DNA of 63,930 nucleotides, the filler included, from Hyphochytrium catenoides (taxonomy: Eukaryota; Protista; Hyphochytriomycota): the NCBI GenBank assembly GCA_900088475.1. It is 12 parts of 12 records of this genome, joined end to end, with 100 filler letters (N's around TTAATTAATTAA, not from the genome) between each part and the next. Parts side by side here need not be neighbours in the genome. Positions count along the whole stretch, not along the records: positions 1 to 2,613 come from FLMG01000886.1; positions 2,714 to 8,832 come from FLMG01003280.1; positions 8,933 to 15,917 come from FLMG01003922.1; 9 more parts are not named here. One strand, written 5' to 3'. Positions 1 through 10,534 of this stretch are shown here, in pieces. Both the position numbers and the translations under genes were made by a program. Positions within the stretch are counted from its first letter, which is position 1, and each line of letters starts with the position of its first letter. The notes under the pieces were generated by a model that ran no database searches, was not told the origin of the DNA, and saw only the letters and a list, made by a program, of their open reading frames with translations.

Positions 1-383
1 AACAGTCACGACCAACTGCGAGTGTGGGCCTAACATAACCTGATGATCTTTACAACAGAGCTGGGTGGCAATGCCTGAAGCTTCTGTATGAGCACAATCT
101 AGATGCAATGATAACAAAGGGACTTGGTATTGATCTGTGATGGAGATTTCTATGAATGATCACTCAGTCCTGAGAGCCTGGTCTGGACTCGAGATCTCTT
201 GCTCGGCCCAGCTTCCCTCATCATCTTTCTCTCCTCTGCTGCTCCTGTGTTCTTCTGGAAATTCTTCTCACATCCCTCTTTCCCATAACACAGGTGTACC
301 CGTAACGTCTATGTCCCTGAGAGCTAGGTGTGTATAGAGGGTGACTACTGTACTACTGACAACGAACATAGTAGCACTCAACA

Positions 384-814
384 GTATATATATCGGACCT
401 ATGAGTTTGTAGTCCTGGAAAAGCTGCCGGTTGCCGGTAATATGATCTGTGGCACCGCTATCAATGATCCACCGTGCTGCCTTGTTGCTCTCTGTGAAAG
501 CCACTTTGCTTGTGATGATTTTGGAGGTGCTTCTTTTTCGTTTTCGTCGGCACAAGGAGGAGACTTGGTATAAGCAACAATTCCAAGAGAGTTGATTAGC
601 TCCTCGCGCTGATTCGCGTCAAGGACATTAATAAAGGTCGCAAATGCAGCTGCAGGCTTTGCAGCTGGCTTACTATCTTTACCCTTAGTGCGCGATTTCC
701 AGCCCGCCGGACGACGATGAGCATCATTGGCCTCCAATTCCCAACATAGTTCTGGAGGATGAGTCCGTCCATTGCAATGATTCCGGTGTCTCCTTTCTGA
801 GGATCGGGCGTTCG
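384..814 (-). mobile_element. Copia zinc-knuckle remnant plus aspartic protease fragment (frameshifted)
   Basis: HRNHCNGRTHPPELCW (degenerate CCHC knuckle), then in another frame WIIDSGATDHITGNRQLF, the copia protease D-S-G-A motif. Confidence 0.85.
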
Positions 815-1003
815 GGTTGAAACTGCAAGAGGAGTTCGAGAGCCGCAATGTCGACAATATTGTGACAACCCTCATCTCTTCCCTTACCAACAAATATCGG
901 GATTGAGATAGATGATCTAAGAACCTTCCTGAATGAAAAAACGCAGACAAAGCGATTTGCTCAAAGAGATGATGACTAACGAAGACTTCAGTGACAAGCT
1001 CCT

Positions 1004-1674
1004 CTTTCACCACCAGTAGTATTCTCCTGCTGAGCAGCTACAGCTCTACGGCGATTAAGCTCATTGCTGCTGAGAAGCTCTTCCACTTGATCAGCAGTCA
1101 GAGTGCCAGTACCGCGGACCTGAATTGCTTCCACAGTGCCTCGGAATGATACTGGCAACCCCATTAGGATGGATGCAAGAAGGAGCTTGTCACTGACGTC
1201 TTCGTTAGTCATCGTCTCTTTGAGCAAATCGCTTTGTCTGGGTTGTTCTTTCAGGAAGGTTCTTAGATCATCTCCATCCCTATGTTTGTTAGTAAGGAAA
1301 GAGATTAGGGTGGTCGCAATATTGTGGACATTGCGGCTCTCGAACTCCTCTTGCAGTTTCAACCATGCCTCCCCGGCAGTTCCCTTCCTTGGTAAAAAGC
1401 GCACGAGGTTGTCGGACACGGCAAGGACAATCTTGTTGTAGGCTTTCTTGTCATCCCTGAGCCATTTTGAGTCCTGTTCACGTCCTGCTGTTTTCTTGTC
1501 CTCCTTTTTAGCGTCCGCCGCCGTAGAGGCTCCAGAGGGTTCTGGATCCGTAATGTGGTCCAGTAGACCTAGCTCGTCCAGATAGGCTTCCATTTTGACA
1601 CTCCAGATGGTGGGATAGTCATCTTGTCCTTGAAACTTGTTCATGGATAGAGTTCCTGAGGTTTGAGAGTCCAT
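1004..1674 (-). mobile_element. Ty1/copia LTR retrotransposon gag (degenerate element)
   Basis: ATG at 1674 gives MDSQTSG...FQGQDDYPTIWSVKMEAYLDELGLLDHI...WLRDDKKAYNKIVLAVSDNL...AGEAWLKLQEEFES...LLASILMGLPVSF, a copia gag (UBN2-type) pattern; disrupted at about 1003 by an inverted duplication. Confidence 0.9.
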
Positions 1675-2130
1675 TTTCTCTAGAAGTAGAAAGGGTACGC
1701 CAGTTTTAACTGCAGAATCGTAATCTCCGCGAAAAACTGGGTGTTCCGGTATTTTTGACAGTACTTTTGACAGAATGTCAAAAACCGTCCTCCAAATGGT
1801 GTCAAAAAAGGTATATTGCACACCGCAAACTGGTATAATTGATACGCTTTTGTGAATCAAGAGCTTTGACTGTCAATTCACAAAAGTGTCAAATATGGTC
1901 AATTACCGTCAAATATCCTGTCAAAGATGGGGACAATTGACAAAAATTGGCGATAATTGACCCAAAGCTGGTATTCACTCGTTGGGTGTGAATTGACAGC
2001 TGGGGATGGTAGTGCAATGGTCTTCGGTTGCCGATCCTGGAGGAGCGTTGGACACTCCAGGGGGAAGCTTGATCTTGATTCTTGGTTTGGTTGGTCCAGA
2101 GTGCTCGCTGAGGTCCTGGAGGGAGCGTGA

Positions 2131-2371
2131 GGCGATAACCTGTAATAATGTATGGGGTATGAAGACACTCCTATGTAGGTTACGTGGTCTACTGATATGG
2201 TCAGAGTGAGTATGAAGGGCTTATGGGACCCTGTTTCCTAGTTATCACGTTGTCTAGTTATCTGCAGAGTAACTGTCTCTCGTATAAACTACCTGACTCA
2301 GTTACTACTTCTTGAGGACACATGACTTCCTTACGGGATGATAATAACCGATTTATCATAACTCTGAAACA
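2131..2371 (-). mobile_element. Probable 5' LTR (2141-2371) and primer-binding site (2131-2140) of the copia element
   Basis: Minus strand reads TGTTTCAG...TATTACA followed directly by GGTTATCGCC, which resembles the copia GGTTATGGGCCC-type PBS; it lies upstream of gag in the same orientation. Confidence 0.55.
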
Positions 2372-2613
2372 CTTTGTTTTGTGCCTTCTTCTTCCTCTCG
2401 TCAGATAGAGTCTGGAACTGTGAGCCTTTTGGAGCTTTTGTCAGCTTCTGCTCTCAACAGTGCGTCATCTGCCCCGATATTGTCGCCTCCTACCTCTCAA
2501 CGAGCCCTCAAGATTCTGAGGCCCGTTCTTATCGACTGCCCCAAAACTGGGCATGACGCATTTGGGGCAGTCCAGATGGTGCCCCAAACGGGATTTGGGG
2601 CACTACGATAAGA

Positions 2614-2713
2614 NNNNNNNNNNNNNNNNNNNNNNNNNNNNNNNNNNNNNNNNNNNNTTAATTAATTAANNNNNNNNNNNNNNNNNNNNNNNNNNNNNNN
2701 NNNNNNNNNNNNN
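2614..2713. other. Artificial contig-joining spacer N44-TTAATTAATTAA-N44. Further copies at 8833-8932, 15918-16017, 24599-24698, 50310-50409, 52647-52746, 54471-54570, 56381-56480, 58548-58647, 59901-60000 and 62636-62735
   Basis: The same 12-mer with stop codons in all six frames, flanked by 44 N on each side, occurs 11 times; genes are cut abruptly at these points. Confidence 0.98.
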
Positions 2714-5700
2714 ATGAAGCGAAAACATATCTCTGCACTGTCCTCTTTCGCCCTTTCCTCTCCTTCTGTTGCCGTCGTAAGGGCTGCACTTCTGCTACGC
2801 TCTCTTTTGGCTGCCAGTAGACGCCTCCCGAAGGCCCAGCTCTCGGTGGTTCAGAAAGAGGTAGAAAGTAGAGCGCTTTCGCTCTTGGTTCCTCTCCTGG
2901 CAGAGGAAGACGCGGTACGGAGTTGTGCGATCGATTGCATCGCAGCCGCGAGAGAGCTGCTCGTTTCCTCGTCCTCTACCTCTGCTAAAAGCCTTGGTGA
3001 CTTTTTCATGTTCTTGGGAAATCACAGGGCAGAGCTCATGGCAAGTGAGAAATTTCTTCCCGATGCTCTCCGTCGTTTTGGAGGAGAGGGAGAAAGGAAG
3101 AAGCAAGAGAAGGCAGAGAATAAGGAGTTGATCGCCCTATACGCACTACTGTGGCGAGTAGTTGAGACGTTTGTCGAGGAGAAGAACTTCTCTGCAGCCA
3201 AGGTTATCTTGCAGCTTTTGCATGGGCACAGAGGAGAGAAAACGGAGGCCGCGAAGGGACAAGATGTGCCTCTTCGCCTGCTCCAGTCTCTGCTGGCACA
3301 ACAGGAGGAAGGCCAGAGGGTGCAGGCCAAAGAAAAGAGAGAAGAACTAGAAGAAGTGAGCAGTCTGGTGCGACTCCTCCTTGGCTGCTGTCTTGCAGGA
3401 GGTTCCAAAGACAGAGCACTATCTTCATCTTCCTCGTCCACAACTGCATTTTTCTCCCTCATTATTCGCATCTTGGCCCGGGGTAACGGGGAAGGTGAGC
3501 ACGGGAAAGAGAAGCCCCTCCGCTTCTCTCCATTGCGCCATCTAGTCCTGGACTCTCTGTCTGGGTACGGCGGGAGGCAATGGATTATGGGCCTTGCCAT
3601 GGAGAAGCAACAAGAACTCTTGGCAGCTCTTTTGGAGACTGTTAGAGCTGGAAAAGCAGGGGTAGAAGTTGAGAAAGCACAGAAGTGTCTTCTCTCTTTC
3701 CCGCTATCATCTTCTTTCCTCTCTCAACAGCTTTCTGCAGCCACCGCGTCATCACAGGAGCAGTGGGTTGAGAAGTGCACGGCCATGTTTGAGGTTCTTT
3801 CTCAGAAGATTGAGAGGGGTGACCGCGACACAGAGAGAGAAGATCTGAGAGAAGAGCTTGTAAAAGAGGCGTTCTCCTGCTTGAAGGCTGTCCTAAAATT
3901 CTACGGCCATGAAGAGTATGCCAAACAGCTTCTTCTCCATACAATCCAGCTCCTGGTCCAGAAGAATGAGGAAGAGAGCAGGTAAAGGGCGATTGATAAT
4001 GTTTCTCGCGTTGCTCTAACTCCTTTTGCTTACACTGATCTTGCCCTACCTGGTCTTCTGCCTTCACTCAGTAGTTGGCTATCAAGAAGTAGATCTATTC
4101 TCTCTTTGTCCGACTCTCTCGCTCTCTCCCGCTCTCCGTGTTTCTCTCTCAAGTACTTTTTCTCTCTGTCGCTTACTTGCTCTTTCCGTCTCTTGCGGTG
4201 GTGCGTTTCTCTCTTTCTTCTTTTCTCTCGACAGCGCTGCGGTGTGCTCTCACGTCTCTTCCAATGACGTGTCCGCTGTGGTGGAGCTGCTGGAAACGTC
4301 TGACACGCCACAGACCAGAAACGCTGCGCTTCTTCTCCTTGCTGCCCTGGCACCTCACAGGCAAAAGGAGGTGGGCAAATTTTTTGTTGCGTGAAGAAGC
4401 AGCCACACTCACAGCATTTGCTCTCTGCTCTGTCGGTGTCTCTTTACCACTATCTTCCTTGCCCTTTCCCTTCAACGTCCAGGTGCTCGAGGGTGTTCTG
4501 CCACTTCTGACAGGTTCGCAGTCCTCAGAGAGGGGAAGGCGGCTGCTTCCCACTCAGGATGATTCCTATTCTTTCCAAGTCATCAGGCAGGTCATCGCTC
4601 GTATTCTTCCCCTTCTTACGGGAGGTTCGGGTGTGGATGAGGCGGTCAAAGAGAAAGAGAGACACAAGCTCCTTGTCTCTCTCCTTTCGCAGGTGCGCGA
4701 CGTGCCTGCTCATCGTCGCCTTCCGCTTTTGGACTCGGTGGTTCGCACGCTTCAGCCCTCATCGTGCCTCCATGTCGCGGTGGCCGTACTCTTACAGGTA
4801 AGAAGAGTTACATCTCCCCTTGACGCTCTCCCTTCGCCTTTCTGAGGTGCTCTTCTCCTCTTCAGCCCTACGTCATCACTCATTTGCCGCACGTCACTTG
4901 AGTCATTGTCTATATCTGACACTCTGGGCCTTCATTCTATTTGCTTCTAAAGCTTGCAGGTTGGATGCTTTTTTGTCTCGCCGCATAACAAATAGTCCAT
5001 CCTTCCTTTCACAGCTAGGTCTATCTCTCGGTCCCTCTTCCTCTCTCTTCCGTTTGTGTGTGTCTCTACGGCGACGACTCCCTTGTCTCCTAATCACATA
5101 TTCGCTGTCTCTCGCACGTGCTAGGCTAAAATCCAAGATCCGGCCTCCTCTGAAAGTTCCTACCTCCAGTACGATGAGCTTGCTCATTCGCTCTGCTACC
5201 GCTTCGCTGCTCCTATACAAGTCTCTTCCGTAGTAGGCATTCTCACCATTTTCAAAAAGATCTGCATGCAACTGTCGCAGAAGCTAGGGGACGATGTCAC
5301 AGATATTGGAGAAGATGAAGAAGCGGCGCTAGCGGAGCAACTTCTTGGGAAAGAGCTCGATGTGCCAGAGAAGCAGAAGCTGGTTATGGACTTTGTGACG
5401 TGGTGTCAGAGCCATTTGGAGAGTAAAGCGCTACATCATCAGCTGCTGACACTGACTGAGAAGGGAGAGGAGGCAGACGCAGTGAGTCTTCAGCGCGAAT
5501 ACCTGCGTCTGGCCCAGACTCTGCTGCTTTCTATTCGCCTGTTGTCTCGCTGTGAAGCTGTAGAAAGCTCTACCGGGGCTACAGGCATTTGGAAATGCTT
5601 GACCGAGAGGGCTTTCCTCACTCTAGAGACGCTTCAGAGGCTTCTCTCGGTCCCGGCCTTCCTGGCCATGATCACGGACCTGTTACAGAGTGAAGATTCC

Positions 5701-8096
5701 CAGGTACCGGCTAGTGTGGTCGCTCTGTACATTGTTCGCCGTAGCCCCTTCCCCACAGCCAGCTTCTCCACAGCCTTTTTTCCCTCTCTCTCTCTCGCCG
5801 GCGTGTCGCTGCTTCTCTCGTCTCTCTTTTTGCTCTCTCTCTTCTTGTGTCGCGGTCTGTTTTTTCTCGTTTGCGTCTCCCTTGTCGCCCTCTATCTCTT
5901 TCTCTCTCTCTCTCTCACACACACACTCTCTAGATAGTACCAGTTGAGCATATGCTGTTCTCCTTCTCTAGTCCTGATTCAAAGCGGTTCTTGTTGAACG
6001 CTTTGTATACGCACACTCCGACGCTAACTCTGTTCTTATAGATACGGCGGAAGGCACTCACTCTTCTGAACGGCAAAGTGGAGTCTAGCAAGGATCATCT
6101 CTCAAAGGAAGAGGTGAAGCTCTTCCTTGATATGGTGCCTGGCTTGGAGGAGATTCTTCGAGAGAAAGACGAACAGTCCACCATCAATTTGCAGACGTCT
6201 CTTCTGTCTCTTGATGTTCTAGCCAGAGCTTTCGGGGAGAAGCATCCTGCAGCCTTTGTTAAGGTTCTTCCTGCAATAGTGGGCTGTGTGGATGTCGATT
6301 CTGTCTCCCTTCTTTCGCCTGCGGTGGCCGCTGAGAAGCGAGATAAGATAGGAAGGAGCAAGAAGGAGGTTGAAGAGGAGACAAAGGAGGAGAGGAAAGG
6401 ACAAGAAGAGAGGCTTCAGTTTGTGGGCACAGCCTATCTGTGTCTTTCCACCTTGAGTGCCAAGCTTGGGCCCAGACTGTTTCCTCATCTTCCAAAGTTC
6501 TTCCCTAAACTGATGGAACTCCTAGAGTTCGCCTCAGGATCCGTCCCCTTAGCATCTCCTCCGTCCGCTTCGATGGGAGGAAAGAGACAAAGGGAAGGGA
6601 GAGGAGAAGAGGTGAAATTCTCCGCGGTCTCTTCTTCGAGACTCGTGCTCTTGAGAAGCTTGCTCATGACAGTCGCAGAGGTCTCTCGGCACCTGCCACA
6701 GTTCCTACCTCCCTACCTCCGGAGGCTTTTAGCCTGTCTTCTCTCCCCAGAGCTTCTCTCTATCCCATCTCTCTCGCCACACATCACCGCTGCTCTTTCC
6801 TCACTAAGCCAGGGAATAGAAGTTCGCCACCTTATCCCCGCTCTCACTAACGTCTACGGCACTCTTACTCGCCGAAGAAGTGAGAAGCATGGAAATCAAG
6901 AGAACCACGAGCCGTCCAGCGAGAGAAGAACGAAACAGGGAGAAGAAGCCGCTTATGGACCCTCTTCTGCCCGTCTTTTCTCTCTCATGGGTTCTGTTAT
7001 CTCTGTTCTGACCAAGCCAGAGCTTCAGACTCACTTCAAGCCTTTGGTTGGCTTTTTCGTCGCTGCGTTTGATCATCGTCGGAGATCTGCGAACCTGCAG
7101 ATCTCTGCGGAACAGGTCCAGAGCAGTGAAGATGCCATGATTGAGGCGTTTTTGAGCTTTATTCTGAAGCTCAATGAGAGGCAGCTGAAGCCATTCTTTC
7201 TGAAGCTAATTGAGTGGATGCGAGCGCCCCTTAAGCAAGGAATGCTAACAGCGGAGACAGGAGGAGGAGATATACATCGGAGGATCACCTTCTTCCGGGC
7301 ACTTCTCTCCCTCGTGAAGCGACTGAAGTCTATCATTGTGCCCTATTTCGCCTTCATCATTGACGATATCGTCAGCTGTCTCACTTGCACCGTACGACCG
7401 CAAGCTGCGGAGAGAGGTCCAGAAGCGTCAGACAGCTCCGAGGCAGAGAATGGCAATGACTTCTTTCTGATGAACGGCAAAGAAGAAGGAGAGAGAGAGG
7501 AGCCGAAGTCCAAGAAGCGCCGCTACATGTCGACGGGTAAAGACCTGCAGAGAAAAGAAGGAAGCAAGAGAGAGGAGTTGGTACTTCTTCTTCAAAGTAC
7601 CATCCTTCGCTCATTGCAGGAGTGCTTCTTACATGACACCGGAGCCGCACAGGGCGGATTTATAGACAGAGAGCGCTTCCAGGTCCTCCTTTCTCCTCTT
7701 CTCTCTCAGCTTGACGTCGCTGCTCTTTGTGATACTCAGGATGGAGGAGAAGAAGAGAGAGAGAAAATTAGGACGCATGTGCAAGAGAATGTTGTTCCTT
7801 GCCTTGCACGTTTCGTGGCCTCTGTGGGAGAAGACGCAGCGTGGAAGCCGTTCCACTTTTCTCTCCTTGCTAAAGGAAGAGGAGAGAATGCAAGGATTCG
7901 ATGGGCCTCTCTTCTCTCTCTTCGTGAGTGTTACCGCGTCGTTGGTGAGGAGTTCCTCTCTCTTTTACCAGAGAGCATTCCTTTCCTGGCTGAGATGTTA
8001 GAGGATGACGATGACGAGGTGGAGAGATTAACAAGGAAGGTCATTGAGGAGATCGAAGAGCTCTCAGGGGAGAAGCTAGATCAGTACATGGAGTAG
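2714..8096 (+). CDS. HEATR1: HEAT repeat-containing protein 1 / U3 snoRNP protein UTP10, 5'-partial. Exons <2714-3981, 4235-4370, 4483-4797, 5125-5703, 6042-8096
   Basis: All introns are GT-AG and phase-compatible; IRRKALTLLNGKV; BP28CT-like segment (FILKLNERQLKPFFLKLIEW, RRITFFR, LKSIIVPYF); C-terminus GEEFLSLLPESIPFLAEMLEDDDDEVE...IEELSGEKLDQY. Confidence 0.93.
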
Positions 8097-8721
8097 AGAG
8101 AGTCAACTCCAGCCACACTGCAGAAGGCCACACAGAGAGAGAGAGAGAGGCATGCTACGCTATTGGAAGCACAAAGAGGAAAAGAGAGAGAGAGAGGTAC
8201 GAATAGGTGGCCACAGAACTGCTAGTGGCTCGACGAGGATCGATCGCGGCTTCATGTCCTATAAGACATTATCTATGCCTTGTACAATAGAAAAAAGCTT
8301 TGAAAGTGTAGACAAAGATTCTTCCTTCGTCGTTCATCAAGAGCAAGGCTAATTGCTGACAGAGCACGACAGACACCAGGAGAGGCTTAGTCTCTGCAAC
8401 TCCTCTTCGCTTGGCACACGGAGCCATCATGGTCGATGAAGGAGAGAAAGCGCGTGTGACGACACAACGGAAAGTCTATTGAGAAAGGGCTGTTATTTCA
8501 CCCTTGGCAGCCCCTGGGTCGTCATTTCTAATGAATAAATAGCTGAAGGATGGGCTCGCCTCAACCGTCACACGAGGCTACAGATAGAGGCGGGTGTGAC
8601 AAGATGAAGCCCTAGGAAAGGAGGCTCATAGAGGGCAAGAAGGAGAGAAGGAGATGAGGGAGAAAGAGCTTGACGGAAGTAGAAGGAAACGTTGAGAGAT
8701 AAAGCTCGAAAGTGGACCACG

Positions 8722-8832
8722 CTAGAGCTTCTCTAACTCTGCCAATATTCTCTTCTCTTCTTCTGTGTATCCCTGAGCTGGAGCCTTTGCTGCGGCTGGA
8801 ACTCTGTGAGACGGAACCGATGCGCCCGTCAT
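8722..8832 (-). CDS. Possible last coding segment of a convergent gene (Snf7/ESCRT-III-like tail?)
   Basis: Open from the contig edge: ...VPSHRVPAAAKAPAQGYTEEEKRILAELEKL*, a Pro/Ala linker plus acidic terminal helix; only 36 aa visible. Confidence 0.3.
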   Translation of the reverse strand: MTGASVPSHRVPAAAKAPAQGYTEEEKRILAELEKL

Positions 8833-10534
8833 NNNNNNNNNNNNNNNNNNNNNNNNNNNNNNNNNNNNNNNNNNNNTTAATTAATTAANNNNNNNNNNNN
8901 NNNNNNNNNNNNNNNNNNNNNNNNNNNNNNNNCTTTGCAAAGTAACCCGAACCAAAAAAAATCTCTGCAGAATAACCCGAAACACTTTGCATGGACTTAT
9001 TATTGCGGAATCGGACAAAATGTGATGGGTAACAATAAGAGGCCCAACATCTCATCATCAACTTGTTGTTGGGCGGGCCGCAGCAGCAGCAGGGCGCCTC
9101 CTTTGGTCGTCAAAAAGCTTCCTGCTGCCTCGGTAGCTTCATTCAACAGGACCTGTGTGCCATTGTTGGAGGAAGGGCGGCCTTACTACTGGGCTTTACC
9201 TCAGACAGCGCAAACTCCTCCTCCGGGTGACACACGATAACAAAAAATTGCCACAAACACGTATTGCAAAATAACCTTAACTAAATAGCCATCCTTTCAA
9301 CGACCGTTTCCGTGGACACCTCTACAAATGATTCCGACGCCAAGGGTCAAAGCCCATAGCCTTGATGTGCAATTCTTGGGACAAAAAGGGGCTGATGCCA
9401 TGGGCTGCTGGGTGGCAAATTCTGCATTTTTTGAGATTCACCCTCCACACTCTTACAGCATAGGAGAAGAAAAAGTAGATGCATGCGGTGGTGGTGGTGG
9501 TGCTAGCTAGACACCAGGTAGGCAAGTCCATTGTTGGACAGAAACTGGTCCCTTTGCACCCAGGTTATCTTTAGGCTGCTGTCAACAACAGCACGTGCAG
9601 AAGTGAAGGCAACAATAATCCTTATCATCTGTCATCTTCGTTGCTGGTCAGTGAATCTTGCAGAGAGTCAAAAATGTCTGCAGTGCCTTTCTTCTTCTCT
9701 TTCCGTACTACTCATCAAGAGTATCTCAGAGACCAGCTGGGCGCCAAAGAGGAAGAAGGGGATAACGCAACCAGAACATCCTTTGAACAAGACGGCTGGC
9801 ATGTAATATTTATTACTCTTCCTGTGACCCAAAGGCTGACAATGACCGTGTGGTCTTCTTGCAGGCTTTGGCTGGGGTTGACATGAAGGAAAAGTGACGA
9901 TGGCAGGCAGCACTTTGACATTGCTGAGAAGATATAATAGAACTATGGATCTGTGAAGCTATCTGTGATGATGATGAAGATTCATGTCTTCTGGAGATGA
10001 AGTACTATTCGTTTGGGGGGACAGCCGTTTCTTTAGGGTCATGTTGTAGGAGCTTGCTTTACATTTCGGAGAGCTATCGTCTGTAGTGGTGATATTCCTG
10101 ATGAAAGAGCATATGATTCCCAATATTGTGTGAATTGGAGGCTGTGACCTTTTGGAGAGTTCAAAGCCAAGCGGCAGACTCTGACGAAGCAGCACAGCAG
10201 CCAGCAGGACCCGACAGCATACTGAGGAGACCACCACACTATGGGCGGGCAAGCAGACGATCTTGACGGAGCTTGTTCTTGAAGATCTGAACGACTGCCT
10301 TTGGCTCTGATGATATTATTCTTAAGTGGAGCAGAAAAGACTATCCGATGCTGATAGGCCTTTGTAAGGAATTGAAGCTGATAGGCCTTTATAAGGAAAT
10401 GCTTGAAGTGGCATCGTATGAACTTGTGGCGCTGTAAGGCGGTGGGGAATGGGGAAGACCGAAGATGGCGCTGACATGAAGAAGGTCCTGTATCTCCTCC
10501 CTGCCCTCTGACTAGGCAGTTCAGCTCCAACGCC

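Noticed and set aside
2658-2669. Recurrent TTAATTAATTAA palindrome as a biological element
   Set aside because: It always sits inside N44 flanks and has stops in all six frames, so it is an assembly linker. Gene neighbourhoods across linkers are meaningless.
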